Shown here: positions 49,106 to 57,780 of the stretch, one piece after another | How the letters are laid out: each line of letters starts with the position of its first letter | Numbering within the stretch: position 1 is the stretch's first letter | Assembly (NCBI GenBank): GCA_964537215.1 | Contig: CAZIBI010000011.1 | Span: 4,517-68,516 of the forward strand | DNA: 64,000 nt | Reading direction: 5' to 3' | From: an uncultured Ignavibacteria bacterium | Lineage (GTDB): Bacteria; Zixibacteria; MSB-5A5; CAIYYT01 | Program-made: the position numbers and the translations under genes | Notes under the pieces: generated by a model | Database searches by the model: none | Seen by the model: the letters and a program-made list of their open reading frames with translations, nothing else | What the model was told of the DNA's origin: nothing

Positions 49106-49400
49106 TAGGAGTTGAGACTTTCGGGTTCAATGCAGCGCGGCGTTATTGGCGCCGCGCCGCTACTTCAGGGAGGTACTGGCTTACATATAAAGGAAGGACT
49201 GTACTTTGTGACTGGGGATGTTGTTGGCGTTGAGTTGATTAACTCAAGTTGGGTGTTTTTGCACCCGTTGGTGGACAAGGAGTTACTGGTGTATTGCGAG
49301 CGGAATTTCAAAAAACTATTTTTTCGGCGAGTACGACTAAACTTGGCTTAAGTTATTCGCCGATATGTTTTTGCGGAAAGTGAAAGTTTTTTTGTCTACC
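49106..49400 (-). promoter_or_regulatory. 295-bp AT-richer intergenic region upstream of the packaging and late operon, with a terminator-like GC hairpin and a 7-bp palindrome
   Basis: The hairpin gcgcggcg-ttattgg-cgccgcgc lies at about 49131-49153. The palindrome TTGAGTT-gatt-AACTCAA lies at about 49232-49250. There are A/T runs around 49310-49400. Confidence 0.45.
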
Positions 49401-49667
49401 CTAATATACTTCCCGGAAATCGCATTTGTCGCACTGAATTATTTGACTAACGAGGTCACCGTCGCCACCTTCTTCGGTGTCAAAACACTCCTGTGTGTAA
49501 TGGATGAGTCCGCCGCATTTGCATCGTTTGGGGAATTTCTCATTCCTAAGTGTGCCAAACTGGTTCCAATCGAGGCAGCCAGAGCAATTCTCTACCGCCC
49601 GAAAGTGTTCCGGCCAGGCAATATTGAAACCTTCGTTGTCGCTGAAGAAAAACTGGCTTGGGATCAT
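49401..49667 (-). CDS. Cys-rich zinc-ribbon protein (88 aa)
   Basis: The Cys clusters are CSGC...CKCGG...C...CDKC. Its start and the stop of the upstream 80-aa gene overlap in an ATGA. Confidence 0.4.
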   Translation of the reverse strand: MIPSQFFFSDNEGFNIAWPEHFRAVENCSGCLDWNQFGTLRNEKFPKRCKCGGLIHYTQECFDTEEGGDGDLVSQIIQCDKCDFREVY

Positions 49668-49906
49668 CCGAGAAGCTCCCTTGGGACGCCGAGGCTGACA
49701 GTGCCCGCCTCCAGGTACTGTTTGAAATTCCGGTCGTCCATGATGTACCTCATGAATATTCCGTACTCGGAAGTTAGGGTGACTCCCAGATAGAGCTGGC
49801 CGAAGAACGCTGGATCGCGCCTCGCGCGTTCCATTAGCCTTCTCACCGTCCGCTTTGTTGCCTTCCGTCTCCGCCCCGGGCAGACGCCGCGCTTCCAAGC
49901 CTTCAT
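49664..49906 (-). CDS. Small basic protein (80 aa)
   Basis: An ORF with a protein-like composition, coupled by ATGA overlaps on both sides. It is preferred over the overlapping 177-aa frame, whose N-terminal half is low-complexity. Confidence 0.4.
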   Translation of the reverse strand: MKAWKRGVCPGRRRKATKRTVRRLMERARRDPAFFGQLYLGVTLTSEYGIFMRYIMDDRNFKQYLEAGTVSLGVPRELLG

Positions 49907-50403
49907 TTCCCCTCCGCCAAATCAGCCGCGTCAATCGGGTCGCTGAATACTCTAAAGCTGAAGTCGTAGCGATCAGGGTGCGTCACTTCTTCCGGATGTC
50001 TCATTCTCCAGACCCAAGTACTTCTCGACCCGTTGGGCAGGTTCCACTTCTCGCCTTTGTAGATCAGTGTTATGACGTCAGTGGCGACGACTTTCCTAAA
50101 TCGGTAAACGCCCGGACCCTCCTCGTATGAATATAGGCTGTCGAGCCGATAGAGCATTTCGCCATTGCCCTTTACGCCATCGGCTTCGGCAACTCCAGAG
50201 CTTAACGGCGGCAACTGATTGCCAAACCGTTCAGTCATCCCTCTGACCAGCGAGGCATTGGTTTCGATTTCCTCAAGGTTGCGATTGATCTCGCCGGCAG
50301 CGTATAGGACATAAATCAAAGCTGACACGGAGAAGATCAAGCTGAACACGTGAAACCATGTGCCAATAAGCGAATAATCATGTATGGATTTCTTCGCTGT
50401 CAT
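49903..50403 (-). CDS. Membrane protein (166 aa; N-terminal transmembrane helix plus C-terminal domain)
   Basis: The transmembrane segment is IGTWFHVFSLIFSVSALIYVLYAAG. The gene lies directly downstream of the HerA-like gene. Confidence 0.45.
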   Translation of the reverse strand: MTAKKSIHDYSLIGTWFHVFSLIFSVSALIYVLYAAGEINRNLEEIETNASLVRGMTERFGNQLPPLSSGVAEADGVKGNGEMLYRLDSLYSYEEGPGVYRFRKVVATDVITLIYKGEKWNLPNGSRSTWVWRMRHPEEVTHPDRYDFSFRVFSDPIDAADLAEGK

Positions 50404-50416
50404 TCTTCCTCCACCT

Positions 50417-52258
50417 CTAACTTAACTGATCCGCTATCAGCTGCGATAGCCTTATTTCGGACGATCCTTCTATCAGGCCGAGCGAGCGCATGCGCGAAAG
50501 ATACTCGCCGAAAGTCCCACCGCTCGCTACCACACCCACCAAATCGGCAAGCTCTGCCCTGCTGATTCCTTTGGGGTGGTCCAGGATAATATCGAGCATC
50601 TCAGCTTGCCGCGCGTTCAAATGGTTGGCCTTATACCAGTCGATCAACTCCCTTCCGATCGGCAGCGGCTCGACATCGCGGACGGTGGCCTCGCCTGTGG
50701 CGGTTATTCGGATGCTATCCCGTTGCCCCTCAATCAGTCTGGCTACTCGTAGGCGCGAGAGATACTCCCCAAACGTACCGCCGGTACTCTTGAGCCCGAC
50801 CAGCGTCCCGATTATCCGAGCACTGGTCGACTCAAAACCCATCTGTTGACGCTGCGAGAGAGCTACCAGAATGCGCTTCTGGGAAGCGTTGATTTTGAAG
50901 TCGCCGTCAACTTGTTCAGCTTTCTTTACATCTTTCGGAACATGTAAAGTTTCGGGGCGATTTCTGAACGAGTTTGGCTGTTCCTTGGCGACTTTTACAG
51001 ATTCCGTTATTGTGTTATCTTCCTCACGGACTGTAAGGTGCCGGGTGCCTGGTGTGAAGGTTCGGTGAACTCGCATTTCCGTTGAATGACCTTTCGGGTC
51101 GACCTCTTCAACTCTCTTTTTGTTCTCGATTATAACTCCGGCCATCGCGTGGACGTCCTCAATGAAGCTTTCGGCGGGAGAGAGGCGTTTAACCAACCTT
51201 CCGACAAGCCTTTCCGCGTCAATTAGGCTCTTGCGAAGACCCATGATTTCGGTTCCATGATCGCACGGCTTCACCTGGCTCTTTTCCGCCAGCGTCAACT
51301 TGCGCTTAAGGTCGGTTATCTCCCTGCGGAGATCCTCCGTCGTGCGCGCCTGCTCTTCGGCTTCCTGCGGGAGATCTGCGAGTTTAGCGAGGATGTCCTT
51401 AACCTTTGCGTTCGGCGCCGGCGGCGTCTCGAGGAAACGAGCCCCGACCTTGGGGTGGTGCGTCTCAACCGGACCGACCTTGAGCAATAGGACACCGGGG
51501 GCTTCCTGTTTGTCGGTTCGCCAAGCCGGACCGTAAGCGTAGAAGTCCCCGGGTCGGAGGATTCGCAAGGCTGTTCTGTCGGCCTTGCCGATGAGTCCAA
51601 GTTCGTCGGCGGCTCTTGCCTGGTCGATGTCGAGAGACGTTCGGCCAATAAGCTTGTTACCCAGTTCCGCACAGACGTCCTTGTGGAACTTCGATAGTCT
51701 TTGTGTGGCTGCTACGAGACAAAATCCACGTTTCCTTCCCCTCGTGGCCAGATCAATTACGGATGGTGCGGATTCAGCTTGGCCTTTTTCCGGACAGAAG
51801 TGATGAGCTTCGTCGATCACTACAAGTATCGGACGCCACAAATCTTTCTTGACCATCATGAGAGACTCGAGGAAAAGCCGCACAAATCGGATTCTGTCAT
51901 GGGCTTTCAGCTCGTAGAGATCGCAGATCGCGGAGACCTGCAGCTCCATCAGCTTTTGCGCGAGTAGCCCGGCCGTCTTGGGCGAAGCCTGCACGTCGCC
52001 GTTCTTGCTGGCGATGATGTAATCAAATTTAGAGCGGAGCGTCGAGAACTCGCCTTCGAGGTCGATGACAATCTGCTGCACCTGTCCGTGCGATTGTTCG
52101 AGCAGCCGGCGAATCGCCCAAGACTTTCCGGCGCCGGATTGCGCCTGAATCAACGCCCGTGATTCGATCAAAGTCGGAAGGTCGAGATCGAGATCGCGGC
52201 CTTCGTTGGTCTTGCCGATGTTAAGTTTCATCGCCGGTTCCTCCGAAAGAACTTCCAA
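50417..52258 (-). CDS. HerA/FtsK-superfamily P-loop ATPase (DUF87-like) with two C-terminal winged-helix repeats (613 aa)
   Basis: Walker A (AQSGAGKSWAIRRLLEQ) and Walker B (PILVVIDEAHHFCPEKG) are present, as is ATRGRKRGFCLVAATQRL. The C-terminus carries a tandem ...GGTFGEYLSR(L/M)R...LIEG... duplication. Confidence 0.55.
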   Translation of the reverse strand: MEVLSEEPAMKLNIGKTNEGRDLDLDLPTLIESRALIQAQSGAGKSWAIRRLLEQSHGQVQQIVIDLEGEFSTLRSKFDYIIASKNGDVQASPKTAGLLAQKLMELQVSAICDLYELKAHDRIRFVRLFLESLMMVKKDLWRPILVVIDEAHHFCPEKGQAESAPSVIDLATRGRKRGFCLVAATQRLSKFHKDVCAELGNKLIGRTSLDIDQARAADELGLIGKADRTALRILRPGDFYAYGPAWRTDKQEAPGVLLLKVGPVETHHPKVGARFLETPPAPNAKVKDILAKLADLPQEAEEQARTTEDLRREITDLKRKLTLAEKSQVKPCDHGTEIMGLRKSLIDAERLVGRLVKRLSPAESFIEDVHAMAGVIIENKKRVEEVDPKGHSTEMRVHRTFTPGTRHLTVREEDNTITESVKVAKEQPNSFRNRPETLHVPKDVKKAEQVDGDFKINASQKRILVALSQRQQMGFESTSARIIGTLVGLKSTGGTFGEYLSRLRVARLIEGQRDSIRITATGEATVRDVEPLPIGRELIDWYKANHLNARQAEMLDIILDHPKGISRAELADLVGVVASGGTFGEYLSRMRSLGLIEGSSEIRLSQLIADQLS

Positions 52259-52617
52259 ATGATCGGATCGAGGTTATACGTCCACGATGGGTAAAAGCGG
52301 CCGAGCGTCAGCAACCCGACAGTAGCTTCGGCGAAGTTGATGACTGCATAAGTCAAGTCATCCAGGAACTCAGCACCCCAGAAGCGATACTCAATCGAGA
52401 AAGCCGCTATCTCATTGATCCGCTTTTTGAATTGTTCCGCCAACTCTTCGTTGTTCTTTCCTGCTGTCATTTCTTCCCGCCTTCCCTTTCCGCCAAATTC
52501 AGAAGCGAATCTACTTCGGCATCGGTCGGATTTGTATCGAGTTTCAGCCTTCCACCATCGGTACCACCAGGTAGGGGATAATAAATACCGCCTCTGCCTT
52601 CGTGAGCGTCGATACAA
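52228..52617 (-). CDS. Hypothetical protein (true start probably the internal Met, about 80 aa)
   Basis: The ORF overlaps the HerA-like start. The alternative overlapping frame 52467..52763 carries a signal-peptide-like N-terminus. The two could not be resolved by eye. Confidence 0.25.
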   Translation of the reverse strand: MYRRSRRQRRYLLSPTWWYRWWKAETRYKSDRCRSRFASEFGGKGRREEMTAGKNNEELAEQFKKRINEIAAFSIEYRFWGAEFLDDLTYAVINFAEATVGLLTLGRFYPSWTYNLDPIIWKFFRRNRR

Positions 52618-52729
52618 TAACTTAGGCCGGAGCGAAATGATTTTCGTCTCTCATCCCGAACCCATAGCCACGCAAGCAGTGGTTGGCTTAGAATCAGGGT
52701 ACAGAGGATGACCGCTCGAGTGACCTTAC

Positions 52730-53215
52730 TCATCCCTTCCCCTTTCCCACGCAGGCGGAGCAAAGATCGGGTTCGACCCAGTGGCAGAAGCCTTCATCCG
52801 TAGAGCATGCGGAAAATTCTGTGCATGCACAAACGCGGCACTTCTTATTGGCATCAGTCTGTGCAGCCTTCCGTTCCCGCGTCATGTTGAAAAAGTCCCG
52901 CGCGGCAAAGACGCGTCCGATGCCCATGATCTCACGCGCCCTGTTGGCTTCTGCCACGGTCCAGCGCTGTCGCGGCTTCCGCTGAATCTTGTTCATCTCG
53001 AAGATGTCGCAGATTGTCAGCTCCAACTCTTCAACCCGCTTGTTCATGGCAACAATTTCGTCGAGTTCATTTACTGCCGCGAGCAATCCCTGATAAGCAA
53101 GCCTCGTATGCTCGACCTGCTCTTTACTGTCTAATGAGAGGTCCTCGAATTGCGTCCGGCATCCCTTCGCCGCCTCCTCGATGCGGCGAATAATGTCGAT
53201 CTTCGCTCGGTTCAC
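52730..53215 (-). CDS. Hypothetical protein with a C-terminal Cys cluster (161 aa)
   Basis: The C-terminus reads CRVCACTEFSACSTDEGFCHWVEPDLCSAC. The gene overlaps the ParB-like gene by 4 nt. Confidence 0.4.
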   Translation of the reverse strand: MNRAKIDIIRRIEEAAKGCRTQFEDLSLDSKEQVEHTRLAYQGLLAAVNELDEIVAMNKRVEELELTICDIFEMNKIQRKPRQRWTVAEANRAREIMGIGRVFAARDFFNMTRERKAAQTDANKKCRVCACTEFSACSTDEGFCHWVEPDLCSACVGKGKG

Positions 53216-54831
53216 TTCTTCCCTGCCTTCTTCTCCGGTGCGGCGCCGACCTTCGGCTTCGCGTCGGGGATCGCTTTCACCGCGTCCGCTTCGAGGTCGG
53301 ACCAGTTGAGGCCGAGCAGGTGAATTGCAATCTGTTGCGTTGCCTGCCAGTCATCAACGTAGATGCTCTCCGATACGACTCTCCAGATTTCCTTAAGCGC
53401 CGCACCTTCGCTCATATTCTTCCACTTCGCGAGTCCGTCAAATTTACCGTGATCGTTGCAGATAAGCGCGGATGCAAAGAGCCTCATGACGTCCATCGGG
53501 GTGAGCAAAACAAGATGCGCCGGTGGGTTAGAGCGCGAATCGAAGGAATTCATTATCTTCTCGCGAATCCACTGCTCGCGCCGTGCCGCAATTTCTTCGG
53601 CTTTCTGTTTCTCAACTTGTTCCGGCGTCATCTTCTTGACATCAGCCTTGGTCGGTTTCTTCGGCTCATCCGCCTTCTTGATCTTGATGTAGCTGATCGA
53701 TCCAAGCCCTCTCTCGTTGATCGTCATGGCGGGGACTGCGCCCTTGTCACTCTTCCTGACGACCTCGTAACCTAAGTCACTACTCCACGGTTTGGGCTTA
53801 ATGAGGGTGTTGCCGCGCGACAAACCTCCGACGATCCGATTATCGCCCCTGCCCCAGCCGGAGTTCTTATCCAAAAGCACAAGGTTCGGATGTTTGGCTT
53901 GCGCCTCTGCAAGCTTCTGCTTGCCGAATTTTTCCAGCTTCTTGTTCCAGCAGGCGATGTCCAAACACTTGTCCTCCGGCGATGCTTTCTTGCCATCGAC
54001 TTCGCCGTCGAAAAGCAGCGACTGGCAGGACGACCGTTTCGGGCAGGCGCTACAAGCACCGGCAGCCGGGAACAAAATCGCGTCATCGAGCTTCCACGGC
54101 GCGGACTTGAGCGTTCGATCGAACGCCGATAGCTCGCGCTTAACATCGTTGACGGTCGGGACGTTGCTGCTCTTCAAGTAAGATTGCAGTAGCTTGCCCT
54201 GTACGCTCGGCTCATAACTGGCGATCATTTCGAACGCGGCCACTGATAGAGCTTTGCCTTCTCGCAAGTTGGCGATGTACTTCATCCATTCCGGCGTGAG
54301 CTTATTGAGCTGCTCGCGCCGCGCTACCGCCTGCGGTGTCATCCCCAGATCGGCGGCAATATCTTTCGTCTCGCGGCCGTCGTCGCGCAGATTCTTGATC
54401 GCGGCCGCTTCTTCGAATGCGGTGAGCTGCAAGCGGTGAAGATTGGCAGTGAGCTGGATCGTCTGCATTTTGTCACCAGGCATGTCTTCGGCGATCTCTA
54501 TCACGCGCGCGGTCTTGGTTTTGTTCTTCTGCAGAGCGGCGAACCTCCGATGGCCGTCAACCAGCAAATACTTCTCGTTGCCTTTGATGTCGCCGCCGTC
54601 CGGAATGTGCTGCACGATTAACGGAATTTGCAGTCCGATTGCGGCGATGGATTTCGCCAACGTGTCGATATCACGCAGGCGGTCGTTCCCTTGACTCGCC
54701 CGAATGTGACTCAATTCAATTTCTTTTACTTCTTCTCTTGCGGTGGTCATTACTTCCTCACTTGGTTCGTTGAAAACTCTCCGGCTCCCAGAAGACCAGC
54801 CAGCGGTCGACTGTCGCAGTCGGTTCCTCAA
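53212..54831 (-). CDS. ParB-like nuclease / partition-family protein (539 aa)
   Basis: An N-terminal ParB domain (...YLLVDGHRRFAALQ...) and a central HTH-like region are present, followed by a Lys-rich C-terminus. Confidence 0.6.
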   Translation of the reverse strand: MRNRLRQSTAGWSSGSRRVFNEPSEEVMTTAREEVKEIELSHIRASQGNDRLRDIDTLAKSIAAIGLQIPLIVQHIPDGGDIKGNEKYLLVDGHRRFAALQKNKTKTARVIEIAEDMPGDKMQTIQLTANLHRLQLTAFEEAAAIKNLRDDGRETKDIAADLGMTPQAVARREQLNKLTPEWMKYIANLREGKALSVAAFEMIASYEPSVQGKLLQSYLKSSNVPTVNDVKRELSAFDRTLKSAPWKLDDAILFPAAGACSACPKRSSCQSLLFDGEVDGKKASPEDKCLDIACWNKKLEKFGKQKLAEAQAKHPNLVLLDKNSGWGRGDNRIVGGLSRGNTLIKPKPWSSDLGYEVVRKSDKGAVPAMTINERGLGSISYIKIKKADEPKKPTKADVKKMTPEQVEKQKAEEIAARREQWIREKIMNSFDSRSNPPAHLVLLTPMDVMRLFASALICNDHGKFDGLAKWKNMSEGAALKEIWRVVSESIYVDDWQATQQIAIHLLGLNWSDLEADAVKAIPDAKPKVGAAPEKKAGKK

Positions 54832-54997
54832 TCCGAGAAATCTTCGCGACAGCTACGCAGTGCGGGCCATCAAAGAACCTGATCTTATCTCCGACTTTTC
54901 CGTCGGGAACGTACTTCTTGGAAATGTTAGTGATCTCGCCGCGAACGCAGGCGTCCACCAATTCATCAACCCGCCGGGCGGGTATCCTGTGATTCAT
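54758..54997 (-). CDS. Small hypothetical protein (79 aa)
   Basis: ORF only. Confidence 0.3.
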   Translation of the reverse strand: MNHRIPARRVDELVDACVRGEITNISKKYVPDGKVGDKIRFFDGPHCVAVAKISRIEEPTATVDRWLVFWEPESFQRTK

Positions 54998-55611
54998 TCG
55001 TCTCCCTTCTTTGGATCAAGACTCTTTAACTTCGCCGTGTCGACTGGCGCCAAAGTTGAATCCGGCGACCAGCCGTCTATCTGGTTAAAGTCGATCACGC
55101 TCGTGTTCATCATCATCATCTGATCGGTGATCGCTTCCCTCGCGCTTTCGGAGACGATCCAGTAAATGCCGCGGATTGAATCCCGGCTGGTGATCGCGTA
55201 GACCTTGCGAATGCCTCTTCCCCGCGCGACTTCAATGCCGCCGAATTGCTGCGACGTCCAATTGGTGTCCTCGGTATAGGTCTCAACAACCTGGGGAAAC
55301 TCGCCATCGAAGAGGAAGAACGACCGCGGACACTCGCAGGGTTTCGGTTCCGGTCCGCCCGCAAAGATGTAGTTGATCAGCCACACGGCATCGCCCATCG
55401 TGATGCGGCCGTCACCGTCGCAGTCGCCACCGGTTGAGGCTTTAGCAATTTCGATGGCGCTATTCAATGTCCAGAGCGCCGCGGCAATAAGAAGAACTCT
55501 GAAAATGATCAGAATGATAGCGGCACGTTTCGTAGTCATCGCGTCTTCTCCTTCTCTTTGTGCTCTAAGTCGCAACCCATCCAGCCGCCTTCCCCCTTGC
55601 AGATATCGCAC
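54994..55611 (-). CDS. Membrane-anchored protein with a dockerin-type Ca-binding repeat
   Basis: A hydrophobic anchor (AAIILIIFRVLLIAAALWTL) is followed by DCDGDGRITMGDAVWLINYIF, which fits the dockerin consensus D-x-D-G-D-G-x-I-x-x-x-D-x-x-x-L-x-x-Y-I. Confidence 0.45.
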   Translation of the reverse strand: MRYLQGGRRLDGLRLRAQREGEDAMTTKRAAIILIIFRVLLIAAALWTLNSAIEIAKASTGGDCDGDGRITMGDAVWLINYIFAGGPEPKPCECPRSFFLFDGEFPQVVETYTEDTNWTSQQFGGIEVARGRGIRKVYAITSRDSIRGIYWIVSESAREAITDQMMMMNTSVIDFNQIDGWSPDSTLAPVDTAKLKSLDPKKGDE

Positions 55612-56120
55612 TGGACATTGAGGTCTTCATCCGGTTCGAGACAACAGCAACAGTCTTCACCGCAATCGTGATATGCGCCTTCGCCGGAACAACTCCAGCA
55701 GCCAATCCATTCCAGCGGGGCACCACATTCTTTGCAGTAGCCATCATCGTCGGGAACGTACTGCTCTACGGTGAAGCCTTCCGGCAAGTCGAACAGCCCC
55801 AGCTTCCCTTTGACTGAAACCGATACGATGCGCTGCACGTCTTCCAAAATCCACGCCCACGCTTTCGGATAGACTTGGCATTTCGCGGCGGCCTCGTGAA
55901 CCTGTGTCATTGGAACACAATCGACCAATCTCACAAGGCAGAGGGCAATGCCCTTGGGGAGCTTGTCCATTTCGTCCTTGCTGAAGTTCGGATTGGGTGT
56001 CTTGCTCGCACAGATCAGAATGTCGCCTCGATAGTTCGTCTTGTACGTCCGCGTTTCAATAGTCTTTTCTCCGGACGCAATCATCGAAGCCCAGGGTTGG
56101 ATAATGGAGAGGGCTTTCAT
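55536..56120 (-). CDS. ASCH (PUA-like) domain protein with a C-terminal poly-Cys tail
   Basis: The N-terminus reads MKALSIIQPWASMIASGEKTIETR. The C-terminus carries about 16 Cys residues (...CKECGAPLEWIGCWSCSGEGAYHDCGEDCCCCLEPDEDLNVQCDICKGEGGWMGC). Confidence 0.55.
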   Translation of the reverse strand: MKALSIIQPWASMIASGEKTIETRTYKTNYRGDILICASKTPNPNFSKDEMDKLPKGIALCLVRLVDCVPMTQVHEAAAKCQVYPKAWAWILEDVQRIVSVSVKGKLGLFDLPEGFTVEQYVPDDDGYCKECGAPLEWIGCWSCSGEGAYHDCGEDCCCCLEPDEDLNVQCDICKGEGGWMGCDLEHKEKEKTR

Positions 56121-56623
56121 CCTGCAAAGCCTTTCTCTAAAACGCCGAGTGTGTGTTTGGCTTCCTTAAGATCCAAGATTGCGTTGCAGAGATAGCATCC
56201 AACGACGCCGTCACTGTTTGCGTGCTGGCAGGCGCCTCTCGTGACTTCGCTTAAGAGCTTGTCAGCTGCGAGGCGATAATCGTGAATCGCCGCTGTCCGC
56301 CTGCCCTCGACGGTCAGCGCTTCTTCCACGAGTGCAATTGCGGCATCCCGATTCGCTGAGCCGGTTGGTATGATTAGACCAGCACACTTGAGTAATTCTT
56401 CCACCGCACCAACCAGACGCGGCTTGAATTCGAGGTGATCCGCCTGTACCGCCTGCACCTGCAACGGCTGCAAGAATTCTTCCGCCTGCGCTAAGAATTG
56501 AGCGATGCACTGATCGCAGATGTCCATTGACTTGTTGACGTTCCCACCAACCCCGTCGAAATGTGCGTGGGCAAGGAGTCCGGCATTTGCTCCCTTCGCC
56601 CCGCAACGATCACAGATAATCAT
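56117..56623 (-). CDS. Zinc-finger-containing hypothetical protein (168 aa)
   Basis: The N-terminus has CDRC...CDQC; further Cys residues occur near the C-terminus. Confidence 0.35.
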   Translation of the reverse strand: MIICDRCGAKGANAGLLAHAHFDGVGGNVNKSMDICDQCIAQFLAQAEEFLQPLQVQAVQADHLEFKPRLVGAVEELLKCAGLIIPTGSANRDAAIALVEEALTVEGRRTAAIHDYRLAADKLLSEVTRGACQHANSDGVVGCYLCNAILDLKEAKHTLGVLEKGFAG

Positions 56624-56958
56624 ACTTTCTTCCTCTTTTCCAAGCTCGACATGTCAATCCAGAGCTTGCCGTTTCTAATCTCGTGTGGCACGATGGTCGT
56701 ACCCATTTGCGAGAAGACATTGAGATAGTTGGCGATCGCGCTGAACGGAAATCCGTTGTAACTCCGACGCGCCATCGAGTAACAATTCCAGCCCTCTTCT
56801 TTTTCCCGCGTCAATCGCACCATGCCGGTCTTGCGGTCTACTTCGACCGAAACGAAATCAGCATCGAAGATTTGGCGCGGAATCATCACCCGCCCCAGCC
56901 CGACGCGGATTTGCGGATTGTTCGTCCTGTTATCAATCTTCAACTTCTCGAACGCCAC
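56620..56958 (-). CDS. Hypothetical protein (112 aa)
   Basis: Coupled ORF. Confidence 0.3.
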   Translation of the reverse strand: MAFEKLKIDNRTNNPQIRVGLGRVMIPRQIFDADFVSVEVDRKTGMVRLTREKEEGWNCYSMARRSYNGFPFSAIANYLNVFSQMGTTIVPHEIRNGKLWIDMSSLEKRKKV

Positions 56959-56959
56959 G

Positions 56960-57241
56960 CTACTTTCTCCTAAACTCTTTCGCCGCCGGGCAGTCCGCGA
57001 AGTGCGGCTCCAGCGTGTCGGCGTTGACCGGAATGAATTTTCCCGTCTTCGGATTCTTGTAGAAGAATATCTTCGCCGGACACTTGCTGCATTTTTGGAT
57101 CAGCTCCGTCGTGTGCGGGTAGGTGATCTTCTTGCGGTCAGTCATCGTCATCCTCGGTCTCAAAATCGGATTCATAATCATCGAGCGCATCATCGTGGCG
57201 CTCGGCCGGTGTGTCCGATACGCAGTGAGTGCAGTCGCCAA
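56960..57241 (-). CDS. Zinc-ribbon protein (93 aa)
   Basis: The Cys pattern is CSKCPAK...HFADC. Confidence 0.35.
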   Translation of the reverse strand: MATALTAYRTHRPSATMMRSMIMNPILRPRMTMTDRKKITYPHTTELIQKCSKCPAKIFFYKNPKTGKFIPVNADTLEPHFADCPAAKEFRRK

Positions 57242-57408
57242 GCGAGTTCAGTGCGCAATCGCACGGCTCGCCGCAAACGTCGCAAGTGTGCATCACTTCC
57301 TCCGATTGATCCGGCGCGACCGCCGAGCTTGCTTGTTTCGCGCTTTGATCTTGCCGCGCGGCTCGCGAAACCCGCCGTTAGTATTCGATGTCGTGGTTGA
57401 TTGCGATT

Positions 57409-57666
57409 TCATCGCTTGTTCCTCCGGAGCATCGCCTTGAGGCATTTGCCGCAGCCGATGAACGAATGTTGGTCAAAGAAACCATCGAACCAATCGAGGT
57501 ACTTGAAGCTCTTGTAGCTGCGGCCACACTTGCATTTCTCAATCGTGTATTTCGCCATTGTCTCTCCCTGTAAATTTCCGGCGCTGTCCAAGAAGCACGT
57601 CCGTGTGCAGCGCCGGAGTTGGTTGATTGAACTACGGTTTGTCCTTCGGCCTGAATCGCAGCTCAC
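57409..57666 (-). CDS. Zinc-ribbon protein (85 aa)
   Basis: The Cys pattern is CKCG...CGKC. Confidence 0.35.
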   Translation of the reverse strand: MSCDSGRRTNRSSINQLRRCTRTCFLDSAGNLQGETMAKYTIEKCKCGRSYKSFKYLDWFDGFFDQHSFIGCGKCLKAMLRRNKR

Positions 57667-57780
57667 CGCGCACGGCCTCGTCTTTCCGGCGTCGCTTGCA
57701 GATCTTGATGATCCAGTCGGCGACGATGCCGAGCAGAATTGCCGAGATACAGGCGATAACGATCTTGACGCCGATGGACA

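Noticed and set aside
49401-49667. An HNH endonuclease upstream of terS
   Set aside because: The position is typical and CxxC pairs are present. But the His-Asn-His catalytic core could not be recognised, so the gene is left as a zinc-ribbon protein.
49401-49934. A single 177-aa ORF
   Set aside because: Its N-terminal half is a low-complexity R/G-rich translation that overlaps a better 80-aa ORF in another frame. An ATGA start/stop overlap at 49664-49667 supports two coupled genes (80 aa plus an 88-aa Cys-rich protein).
53212-54831. A ParAB partition system, which would suggest a phage-plasmid
   Set aside because: No deviant Walker A ParA (KGGxGKT) ATPase gene is adjacent. ParB alone is common next to phage packaging genes.
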